A stretch of DNA of 64,000 nt from Phoronis australis (lineage: Eukaryota > Animalia > Phoronida), in the NCBI GenBank assembly GCA_002633005.1, contig NMRA01000002.1, forward strand, positions 70,804 to 134,803, read 5' to 3'. Under the pieces are notes generated by a model that did not search any database, was not told the DNA's origin, and saw only the letters and a list, made by a program, of their open reading frames with translations. The translations under genes and the position numbers were made by a program. Position 1 is the first letter of the stretch; the number at the start of each line of letters is the position of its first letter. Below are positions 1 to 12,600 of the stretch, one piece after another.

Positions 1-611
1 TACAGGCTTTCTGCTTTCAGAATATGTTTACTTTTAATGAGTTAATTGTATACTTCTGTAGACATTTGGCTAAATAGTTACCTAATCTTGTCAATATGGC
101 ATTGCATAACCTTACGGCTATCAACATAAAACTGTTGTGACAGGGTTAACCCACTTTTATTTGAGTGTTAGGTTATGTAGGACCTTATCAACCTGTCTGT
201 GCATTTACCAAAATATAAAAACTGTAGATTTTAGCTCAGTAAAGGTATATATTTTCTGAAAGTAATATAGCCTGTAGAATTAAATTTTTGACTTTTTACC
301 AATCTATTGTTACATCTAAAAGTATTACTTACTTACCCTGATTGCTAAAATACAAATTGAGGTACTGAGTTTCTCAAGTCTGAAAGTCGAGACTGTACGT
401 TTAGTTTTTGCAAAATTTTCCAGAATATGTTTGTCAACTTCTAAAGTGTTCAAATTTTAAGATTAAGTTGCATTTGTAGTGAATGACAGGTCATATAACC
501 TGCTGTGCTTATCTTCAATGACACATTACTTGCTTTTAAACTGCTGATTTCAATCTTTGTAGACCTGTTGACAAGCACTGACTGCAGTGCCTGTGTACCA
601 AGGAAGCAGTC

Positions 612-3600
612 ATGGCTTGTCCCAAACTTGATTTGAAGAAGACAAAAAGGGACTTTGTGAAAACTAGTCGCAACTTGAAAGCCTCAGCTGGATCTCATTT
701 GAAGAAAGCGTGTACTGTGGAGAACCTAAAGAAGAAGATTCCTATAACAATATGGCTGCCCAAGTACAGGTGGGAAAAGTGACCAGGTCTTGTTTTATCC
801 AAAAATAGTTATTTTTGCTCAATGTTTTAGCAGTAAAATTTAAAAATTTCAAGATGATCACTCATTTGGCCAGTTGATATTCATTTATGGTCTCTCTAGG
901 CCTTGGTAATTTCTTACAGTTCAAGATAATTAAAGCAATCAGAGTCGTGGTGGCTAATTCTGTGAACAACAAAAAAGACTGGTAATAACTATTATGGGGG
1001 CAAATGCAGAATGATTTAGCCACCTAAATAACCTTGATTCTCACACACGAGGGAAGATTTCTCTGTCGATGAATTCAGCTGCTTCTGTTCAGCTGCCATG
1101 ACTTGGAATTTCGGGTTATTTTATCTGATTAAATATTTTTGGCTTGTACTGTACCCCAGACATAATTTCCTTTTTTGACCTTATATTGCGGTAAAAATTC
1201 TCAAGTTTGATACAATCTCTAAAATTTGGACACGGAAATTTAAGCAGAAAATGAATTTACTTTCTGTGAAGATTGTGACACGGTCGATTTTGGCATTCAT
1301 AATATGGCTCAAATTTTGGACCCTGCATTTTTGTATAGGAAATGAGCTTGGCAGTTCATAAAATCATCAAAAATGGCTGCCAACACAACCTTATTGTGCA
1401 TCCCCATAGTGCGTAATATTGACGTGAATGTTTGTTTGTCATTGATCACAATACTGGAATTTGTGGTGGTTAGTATTGTCTATTTCTAAAATTTGGTACA
1501 CATTCTGACCTTGAGCAAAATTATAAATTTTTCACTGTCCCAAACTGGCTCAGAATGTTTACTGCAATATAGGCAAGTACAAGACAATACCATTCAAAAA
1601 GTATTGTCTTGTCCTTGGAGCAATATAATGTACAAGCCTTTGTGTTAGTTAAGATGTGAAAAAGATGGGTTACAATAATTATGTGGTTTTGTTGCATGTT
1701 ACATATTTATGTCATAATCTTTTTGTAGCTTATATATGTGAAGTTTTTATAAAACACAAAATACTTTGAGAAAAGTTTCTGGTTTCTTTGTTTTGTTCTC
1801 TTGAAACCTTGCTAGGCACTCGCAGCTTTGATTTATTTCATTTGTGTTGTGAGAGAGTGGTTTACTTTCACTGTACTTTCAGATTAAGAAATCTCTTTGG
1901 TGACATTCTTGCTGGACTAACAGTGGCGCTAACCGTTATCCCACAATCCCTGGCTTTGGCTCAGATTGCCGAACTCCCGCCTAATGTAGGTATTATGGTC
2001 ACACATCAGATGTTAAGTTAATCTTTTGTCACATATGACTCTCGTAAGGCTGCTCACCTTATTCAAGGTCATTCAGCTGACCTGTTTTCATTGTGAGGTC
2101 TCTTTGCCCTTATCCCCATGATGTTGATATGAATTGCTTGACTGTCTATAGGTGGAGTTAGTGCTATTCAGAGTGGTTTAAATGACTTGAAGGCTATGAG
2201 TACTGTAATTCTTCTCCCAATTTAGTAAATATGGCTGACAAGCGATTTTTTTTGTCAAATTTCCGACTAACAAAAATAAATACGTATATTATAATAATAA
2301 GTGTGGTTTATAATGTGCCGATGTTATAAAACAACATTTGGTAAAGTGTTCATCATTTGCAACAGGGTAACTAATTTTTGGAATTTTTCAATTTTGATGA
2401 GCAGTTATTTTTTGGAAAATAAGTGAAGAATTATCGAATCTGACTTTATGATAGCATTGAAGGTGAATATAGCGTTAACAAATGAAAGAAGTCTGCAATT
2501 TGACTTGTGGCAATTTCTAAGTGAAATATTGACTCTGTATCTAGCACCTACAAAGGTTGATATGGTTCATAGTTTAAAAGGAAACCTAGCTTACATGTTG
2601 CCTTTGATTTAATAATTCACATTGTTCAGAATTTGCCTTGGTTAGCTTAAGTATTCAACATATTGTTGTCATTGGCTGGACAACATTTCATTCACCTGTG
2701 TGTAAACACTTGGTTATGACAAAATGGGTTCTTTATCCCTGTGAGGGTGGTATGCAATTGCAGCCATTTCTGTCGAAATTTTGTATATTGACCCTTTGCT
2801 TTGACCATTTAGAACATAGAGCGAGACTCGACAATGGAAGACATTACTCAGAACCAGAACATGTTTTAAGATCTGTGGTCTGTTTAGTAGCCATTTTGTT
2901 GGTGGTCCACCAAAAAATTCAAGAGTTAAACTTAGGAATTATAAAAGCTAATTTGATGTTATGTTGAAAAGGAAGTTTTTTCTGATGCAGAAAGAGACCT
3001 TTTAACGCTTTGCCAATGACTAATCTGTGTTCTGTATTTCAGTATGGGTTGTACACTGCCTTCATGAGTTGCTTTGCATACTGTGTATTCGGTACTGCAA
3101 AAGATGTTGCCATTGGACCTACCGCTGTCATGGCAATCTTGTCGCTACAGTTTGGTGAGACGCCCGTCCCTGGTAATGCCACCTATATCATCCTTCTGAC
3201 GTTCATGACGGGAGTTGTTCAACTGGGAATGGGAATACTTAACTTAGGTGATTTTTTGCTGACTTTGAACTTTCCTGGTATTTATACTGATATTTTCAAT
3301 ATGGTACTTTCTGATTTAGAAATGTAATTGTGTCGGTAATTTCTTTAAATTTAGTTCAACATTAAGCTGATTGAGAGGTTATGCTTTGAGTTATATGGGT
3401 AATGTTTCACACCCATCAGACTGAAGCTGTTGATTTTGAACTTAATTGTTATTCTTGTAGGCTTTGCTATCAACTTTATCTCTTTCCCTGTGATCTCAGC
3501 CTTCACATCTGCAGCGGCCATCACAGTAGCTTGGAGTCAAGTGAAGGTATGTAACTAATATACGAATTTGGAATCAAAGACATGACGCAAGGTTCTGGTA

Positions 3601-6600
3601 GCAAAAGCTTATTTGCTGGATGCAGCAGTAGTGTCAGGCTATTGGTTTCAGTGATAAACGTCTGACATAGAACTCTTTACGGTAGTGAGTGAAACCATGA
3701 AAGGCATTTCTACACCTTGGTGATCAATTCACAAATTTTGTTGGATAAGTTCAGCCAAGCTAACCAAGATGGGACTAAGTTTCTTTGGTCGACAAATATT
3801 TCAAGAAGGTGGCTTTTGGAGTGAATTTTTAGTGTTTTGACCAGCTCCAGCTGACAAATGCAGTCTTGTGTAATGATTTCTTGTGCTGCCTGTAGTTTGC
3901 ATCGCAAATTCAAAAGCTAAAATGGCTACTACAGAAAATATTAAAACCAAAGTGTTACCTCATTGCTGTCATGTTATTTAGAGCTGTGTGAATGACAATG
4001 TTTGGATTCTCTATTTTATAATGTGCCATTTCACTCCTTCAAAATAATAGACCAATCAATGGAAATAGTAAGTAAACCATTGTGTTATCACAGCAATTCA
4101 TCTTTCAGAAATTATTTGGGATACGAAAGCTACCGAAACCAATTCTAGTCAGTATTGGAGAATTTTTTCGTCGAATAACGGAAACAAAGTAAGTTCAGTG
4201 TTTCGAAACACAAACATTAGAAGCTGCATTTTGCCCTGTTTAAGTGCCTATAATCTAAATAGGAATTCCATTCTTATAAAATTGGTCTCACAATGTTCCT
4301 TATTGTGATAGCTTTCTATTTCCATTATGAACAAGAACATCACAACCATCAGTGGCTCAGGAAAACTCTTTGGAGTTATTGGGATTGACCAACTCTAAAA
4401 TTACAGATTTGAAACTAGTGCACAATACACATTGTTCATGATTTGTGTTGGCAACTCATTAGTGACAATACAAGATTGAATAATCATGGTAAAATGTTGT
4501 TTACACCTCAAAGCGTTTCTTTTAAGAATTTGATATTGACTGCGCCATGGGAACGTAATGCAGCTTTAATTTCTTTAGTTTATCGCTTAAATGTGAACAA
4601 AGTTCCATTCACAAATAGTTTGTCATGAGGAGGGGCCATCCTGATAGCCAGTAACGTGTCAGTTGTCCAGATCTGTCCCCCTGCCATCCTCTAGACATTG
4701 TCAAACATTTGCGACCAGCAGAAACTGAAGTTGAATTGAAGTGAACACTTTATTTGAAGATGAATGTTACACTAACTGTTTTTCCATTCTTGTTTCAGTG
4801 TCTTTTGTGGCAGGTGCTGCATCTTGTCATTGTCAGTCCTTCTGAAGAAAACTTGTGGTATAAAATATTGCCTTTTGTATATGTTTTCAACATTTCTGTG
4901 TTCCTTTGTGTTTGTTCACTTGTTATTGTTTTAGTCACTGGGACCTGATTGCCGGTGTAATCTGCATTGTAGTCTTGGTTATGTTGAAGGTAAGCTTGAG
5001 GTCTTTGTGCATCAAAATTGTGTTGTGTATTGTAATTCTCTGACGTGAAATGACAAAACCTTCGACGAATGCATCGCGTAATATATACAATATCAGACAT
5101 TCCGCTAAACTTCAATGAAGCATCATTTATGACCAGTAAATAATTCCTCGGTAAACTGCGGTACATCACCTCACAAACTATTATGTCACAAACTATCACA
5201 TCACAAACTATCACCTCACAAACTATCACCTCACACAAATTGATGGCAACTAGTACTCATTGCACGTTCACACTGTGGCATTGGAATGTATTTGAGGTGA
5301 CGTACATGTTCCTGCCATATTTCTGTAACACGTGCTTAAAGCTGTGAAGTTCTTGTTTGCGTATTTGAGGTTTGCCATCACAGACTAAGAAGTGGTGTGC
5401 AGTATTTTACCAACTTCTTGATTTGTCCAGAATTCAATTGAAAACAAATCATGGAGCTGATCCAGAGGATGGGTCTAGGAGTTCTGAACCTCTGACCACT
5501 TAATATGTTAATGGAGAACAATTACCCTCCATTTTTGTTGACTGTCGAACACCCCTTTGGCTATTTTCTTGGGTCTGTTACCACAAACTGTCATAAGAGG
5601 ATTGTTGAAAGCAAGAAGCCTCTAATTTGTCACCTTGGTCAAATGAGCACTTGTGATTTCACCTCGGGGGTGGATTTTCATGAAAGTGAATGTGCATGCC
5701 ACTCCCCAATAACTGCATGTTACTAATCTTAAGGGGAAGTTTCTTATAAGCACTTATGATCTACAAGATTTCTTGGATTATTTTTTTATCTCAGATGTGT
5801 ACTAATGTTTGCCAAATTTTTTTTAGAAAGTTAAAGAAGTCAGTGATGGATTGAGTAAAAAATTTACGAGTGAAACATCTCGCGCTGCTCGGATTTGCTG
5901 CAAGATTTGTTGGGTGCTTGGAACAGGTTAGTATAATTATAGCAATATTTTCCAGCTAGCAGTGCTGCGCATGTTAAGGTAGGTGTATACACTGATCAAA
6001 TCTCCAGGTTCCTAACTAAAATGAGTAAAAAGGGAGTTTTAACTAGTTGGACATGACTCTGAAAGTGACAAAAATCGAAAAAAAATGTTTTTTTGTGGTT
6101 CGTTTTTTTTAAAAATCGTATTTTTTAATTTTCAACAAATCCAATTTTACCTTGAATTTTTTTCAAAATGCACAGGGATCATCATCAACTATTTCCTTAC
6201 GCAATATTCTACTTATCCATACCAAATATATGTACAAAATCATTATGATCTTGATTTTAAGGCATTTTTTGTGTGTGAGTTGGGGCAAGCACGCCACTTT
6301 TTGTCATTTGGTCACTTTCCGTCTAATAACTAAAAATCTGGTCCATTTATCAAAAAACCCTGGCACGCGATTTTACTTCAGTCCAAGAGGATTTCAAATT
6401 TGCAACTTTCGTTAAAATTGACCCACGTGTTGTGGAAAAATAGGCCCGAGAATCGTGTCACTATCCTGAAATCACGAGCCGAGAAAAACGGCTTTGAAGT
6501 TAAGCGGTCATCGATTGCCACTTGAGATCAAATTTCGTTCAGAATGCGTGGTCATTATGTTCCAATTTTTGTTGAAGTACTAGAAATAAAGCTGATATTT

Positions 6601-9600
6601 ACTTCATATTTAGAAAATGTGACATACCTGTTTGTTTACAGCGTAATTTTAATCATTTTTTCGAACTTGTGATGCACGACAGACGACCAAAACAAATATG
6701 GCTGTCACGTGGGCGGAGCTTAGCGTTGATCTATTGTCTGCTGTACTGGTGTGCCGACCACCATGTGTTGATTGTTTATACGATTCATCTGAACTCTCCA
6801 CTCAGTTTGTAAAAGACTCTCTAACTATATTACACAGACCTATTTGTTAGTATTCCAATATTATCATCAACCAATATATGTGTTATATCAAATCGCCGCG
6901 TTACTGTCTACATAACAATATTGGCGACGAGGATAAAGAACTACTTTCATAGTAATGGTTCAACATTTTTACGTGCCTGTACCGAATGGACTTCGGGATA
7001 AGAAAATATCACTTTCTGTGCAAATAGCGCCGCTTGGGTGAGATTCTCAAGTTACTAAAGTTTCTTCAATTGCTTTCCTCTAAAATCGTATAATATCAGT
7101 ATGAGTTTTAATTCAGGGTTACGTTTGAATCTATGCACTAGAAAAAATTTTGTTATGTTGAACACTGGGTCATTTCTCTAATTCTTTGGGTTACGGCCAG
7201 TGGCAAGTTAAAAAACCTCTGGGTTTGACAGCCTAGTTTCTCCACGGCACGTTCCCAGCACAGAAGCACGGTTTATCTGCGAAGACTCTACTCTGACGAC
7301 ATGTAGTTGTCCATGTGTCGCGCGCGCGGCTTGTCTTCACAGCGCATGTATGCACTCTCACCGAATCGTGCAACACCACCCACGTCGACACTCAGCGTCC
7401 TCTCGCAAGACAACTGACCTTATGTTACCGACTTCTCTTATACATGCACAACTCTGCACGGACTCCTCAAGCTGAGTGCAGTGATGGATTCGGTAGGGCT
7501 TGGCGTACTCAACTTAACTTTTTGCAGATAGACAAACAGGCTCAGGCTCGGAACAGGAGCTAGTTCACCATTTCACTACTAACTTTCACATGGTCAAAAA
7601 TAAAATTGTTTTATTCTTGGTCTTGCTACAACAACAATATCAGCTGGTACATCACTCTCGATTGCCCGGTTACGCAATGCTTGTTGACAGGGTTAGATTA
7701 GAGCTAGTGTCCTTGTATATAAGCTCTGCCCCAGTTGTCAATCACTGAGCTGGTGAGCACTCAAGCCATATGACTTACTGAGGCTTGGTCAAATATAGCT
7801 AAAAAAACAACTTTGGATTTTCAGAATGATTTTATTTTTCTTCAGTATACTGTGCATCAAGAATTAAAGATTAGGATGATATGAAAATGTAAAAAACAGT
7901 CAAAATTATTTTTTTTGTGTATCCACCTACCTTAAGATCTACAGACCCAAATTTACAATGTGTCTCAACATCCCAAGTCTTTGGCGCCATACCTGCTGCA
8001 GCGAGAATGCCCACTTGTGTTGTCTCAGTGAAGCTTCATCAGTTTTATGTTATTTGTCTGTTAATGGCAGCGAACAATTTGTCCTAAAATTACTTGACAG
8101 TGAATTTTTCATGTGTCTAATGTTTGGATTTCCAGTTGCATTTGAAGCGATTGGCTATAACTAGAAAAAAATGACCAGTAATTACTTGGTGATTGAATGA
8201 ATGTTTTGGTCAAAATTCATTTCATTTTAGCTCTTGTTTCTTTTTAATCTCTCACGTATCACTCCCAATCAGTGACAATATTTATTGTAGGGTGAGTAGT
8301 TGGGGATGTGACACCTTTACCTCACGTGACTTTAAAGTCATTGGTAAGGTCAGAGAAAATGTGTTTAATTAATATCACCATTACCTTGGTACAACCCGTT
8401 TCACACAGTGCTGTGTGTTGGTTGTTTCAATTTAATTCAAGCTCTGAACAAGGCAAGTTTTGTATTGTTATACTACCATCCCAGTAGGTCATAGTAATGT
8501 TTTTTAATTGGCTCAATAAACTGCTTCGTTATTTTTTATCTTACTTTGAAGTTGGCAATTTTCAGTTTGCTGAAGCCATATTCAAATTATTTTCAACATG
8601 TGGTCTGGCCATTGTAAACATAAATTTAAATTGTTTCTGTCAATTTGATGCAGGTGATACAACTAAAGCAGACAAATTTAGTTTTTTGGTGTTGTGGTCA
8701 GAGTATATAGCAATCTACTTCTACCTCTGTTGATCAGTTATAAATTCACATCAAGAACAGTTGATCTTGGGTATTTCAGTGATTGTCTTTCTTTTCAGCA
8801 AGAAACGCCATTGTTGTACTTATCTCAGCCGGCCTGACCGCCGTGTTACTCAGTAAGAACATAACTGCACTGACAATTACGGGTCATATAAAGGCTGGAC
8901 TACCACCGTTCCGCTTTCCAAATCTCACACTGGAGTACGAAAATGGAACGGTATCGACATCAGAAATATTTGGAGTAGGTATATGAGACAGTGCTCTTTT
9001 GGTTGTAAGTAGCTTCACTGTCGGTCAATGTTAACTTTTTTATTGATAGGGTGACCAGGATAGCGACCATCCAAACCAAACCCTCCATTAAAATTATTTT
9101 TTTACGTTGTGGAGAAGTCACTTCCTTTAGGAGCAGTTAATACATTTTGTCTTAGATACACGAGAATGGATAACATCTCTCCATTATCAACTAACACCAT
9201 GTTAATTTTATAGCCATTTAATTGTAAAAAGCTAACTTTGAGTATTTACTATGGAAGTAATATCATGTCAGATTTCGAATTACATTGTCTTAACAGAGTG
9301 AGACAGTGCTCTCTAGTCCATTCTTTGTTTGCTCTGCCACTTCATGTTTGTCTTATGCAAATTATGCCGTTTGGTGTAACCTTTGTGTCTCAAAACTACA
9401 TCTTGAGTTACATGTTTCTTGTGTGCTTTCAAGGTATCCACATTGCACATCGTCCCGTGATTAGCCAGAACTGCAGTCTGTAAATGCAAGACACTTGCGA
9501 AACATTTGTGGCAAGAAAATTTACCTTGTAGAGTGGCAGTCGCAACTTTACATCTGGCTTTCTCCCATAATTCAACATTCCAGCCTTGCCATTTTGCTTT

Positions 9601-12600
9601 GTGTGTGCAAGGTTTCACCGAACTTTCTTGCGATAGTCTCGGCTTTCACTCACCTGATGTGTGTCTTAATTTACAGAATGTAGCTCATGTCTGTTTATGT
9701 TAGTCTGGATTAGAAACTGTACTTGTATCTTTTTTTTTTGTAGCGCCTTGGTGCTGGAATTATTATTGTGCCCCTTATCAGTATTTTAGAAAGCATAGCT
9801 ATAGCTAAAGCCTTTGGTAAGTAGTAGGTATAGTTTTGTTCAGTTAGACTTGGGTAACTATGTTTGTTGAACATTGTACAAGTTTCTGTTTCAAGTCTGT
9901 CTCTGAATTTCCCAACGGTTAAGGTCCAGCGCACACTTTGAAATCTTTGTTAAATGTTTAGAAGTTCAACTTGATGAAACCAAATCAGTCTATTTCCCCA
10001 TAACTTGGCTCAGATTAACACCAGTCATGTTCACCTCAGGATGACGTTTTGAATTCTTCAAGGCTTCCAGCTCAACTTGTTCCATGTACAATGCACTGTG
10101 TGAATACAACAGAAATGATCTGGTTACAAATGAGGATTAATTACGTCCTCTTTCACAGTAAAGTTAGGTGAGAAATAGAGCTTGATGAGTTATACTTTAT
10201 ACGTTCTTACCTGCTTGGTTACATGTGCGGTGTGCTTTTTGTAGCTCGACAGAACAACTATCGCATTGATCCCAACCAGGAAATCCTAGCACTGGGATTT
10301 GCCAATTTTCTGAGTGCCTTTGTGTCAGCCTTCCCCATCACAGCAAGTTTCTCCAGGTATTGGCGCATGTTAGAGAATCTGATTGATTGTTGTAGACAAC
10401 ATAACATAGATGATCATACATAGTCGATTTTAATGAAAATTTATTTAATGAAAACTTACCGATGTCTCTGAAAAATGTTGTTTGGAATTTTTATTACTTT
10501 GACATTTAGTTTGCTTTCTACGGCAAATTAATTTGCAACACCTAAGGCATTTTTGAAAAAAACAATGGCCATATTTGTGTATGGCACAGTAGAATAAAAC
10601 TAGGTCTGTAAAAATATCCTGATGGTGTTTTTGAGATTGATAAAAATATTAACTATTAGATTTCGTAAGTTTCAGTGAAATTCTTTGAGCTGTGTTCGAG
10701 AACTTAATGTGTTCAAATTAATAAGTTGATTTGCCAAAGCTGAGAAAAAACCTAAAAACATCGCGAGTCTTCAAAGCCTCAAAGTTTTCACCCATCAGCG
10801 AAAACTTGTTTTTAGTCTCTATAACCAAGAATCTTAACAGAGGCCAAAATGTATTTGATTTACATATTAAACAACATCAGATGTGATGACACGACCTGAC
10901 ATAAGACCTGAGTTCAATCCCTGATCACCATCTGTTGTTGAAATTTGTATTCTGAGGTTATCATTGGTTAATTTTGGCAGGGAATCATCATGTACATTCT
11001 CTGCATTTGTGCAATCTCTGTGAGAGCAGTCAAACTTACGGAGAATGTGGACCAAGCAAAGAATCTTTATTGGCCAGTCAAAACAGAAATTTGGCAATTT
11101 GTCATACACACATAATAGCTTCTGTCCCCAAACCTAAGTCAAGGGAGAGGCCATTTGACTTGAAATATTTATAATCGGTGAAGTGACTTTCTTTCAAAGG
11201 TCGACTGTCAACTCGCAGACTGGGGTGCGTACCCCAGCAGGTGGCATCATGACTGGCACCATGGTTATCCTTGCCTTAGCCGTGCTCACTCCATACTTTT
11301 ACTATATCCCAACGGTGGCGCTAGCTGCCGTCATTATAGTAGCTGTAATGCACATGGTCGATTTGGGCGTCATCTGTTTGCTATGGAGGTATAAAAGTAT
11401 GTAATACTTTTACTTGCTGTTTTACTTCTACTGATTCTCCTTAAGAAAGGCTGTGGAGGACTTTATCGTCAGCCTATGTGTTATACCAATTATCTACAAA
11501 ATCTGTAACACACTAACATTTTCTGAAAGCCTATAGAATTTTATATTTTAGTTTTTACCGATTTGCTAGTAGCTGGGTCACATGACCATGATGTCTTAAT
11601 GTATAATTTATCAAAAAGGAACACAACAGTGTCCATGACAGAACCAAATTTTGTTTGATACAAGGGAACTAGATGAAATTTAAAAAACACTGTCTTTAGT
11701 ATCATTTTTTTGTATTAGGCAACTTTTGATTTGTTTCATGAAAATCATACAAGTCTTACTTTTTTAACCTCTCCTGCATAGTAGAACACTTCAAAAACTA
11801 TTCCTAGCTGTGTTTCGAGGAACTGTTTATAGATAATACCTGAAAGTTTTGTATGAATCTGATTCGTCATTTCTGAGATATAATTTTCCAAATTTAGCCA
11901 AACCGGGGTATTTAGGACCTACATAATCTTAAACCTAGTATCTAGGGAACAGGTGTCTATTGTAGGTCAGTTGGTGCAAATATAGAGCTTAAAGCAATGA
12001 TAATTGTAAATATGATATGGGGAAAATTCTTCAATCTTGGTTAAAAGTAATTGCTAAAACTGCCTTTTTTCTATTTTTCAGAGGCATACCGCATTGTGGC
12101 AAATGCTCAAAATTTTACCAAACATCATTTGGTATTAGCTATGCCGTACAAACCATGCTAAAAGTAATTAGTAAACATGGCTGAAAAGTTATTTTTCTTG
12201 AGATTGACTAAGGTAAATTTCACTTGTCCATCATATTTTTGTCCCCAATTGAAGAATTCTTACTGTAATCATGTTATTAAGAGTAATTTTTTTAATTGAA
12301 AATTTTAAAATTGCTAGTGAAATTTTGTAGAACATCAGTTACATTCTGATGACGGAGTAACAAAATTTTCTTTTCAGAACAAGACCTGATACCCTATCTC
12401 ACCACCTTCATACTCTCATTTGTGCTAGGTATTGAGGTAAGTTATCATTGGAAGCCCTTTTCACTCCTTTCAGTTTCTTCCAGCTGCCCAGTTTTTCAAA
12501 ATATGGATGCTGCAAGCAGTTTGAACACAGATTATAAGAACCTGTTAAGTGGAAATGCCTTTTGAACTAAATGGTGCAGGCGTAGGAAGAAAACGACATT

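Noticed and set aside
4795-5238. 147-aa minus-strand ORF with repeated CEVIV
   Set aside because: The repeat comes from a 15-bp minisatellite, and the ORF lies antisense across an SLC26 exon and intron with no domain signal.
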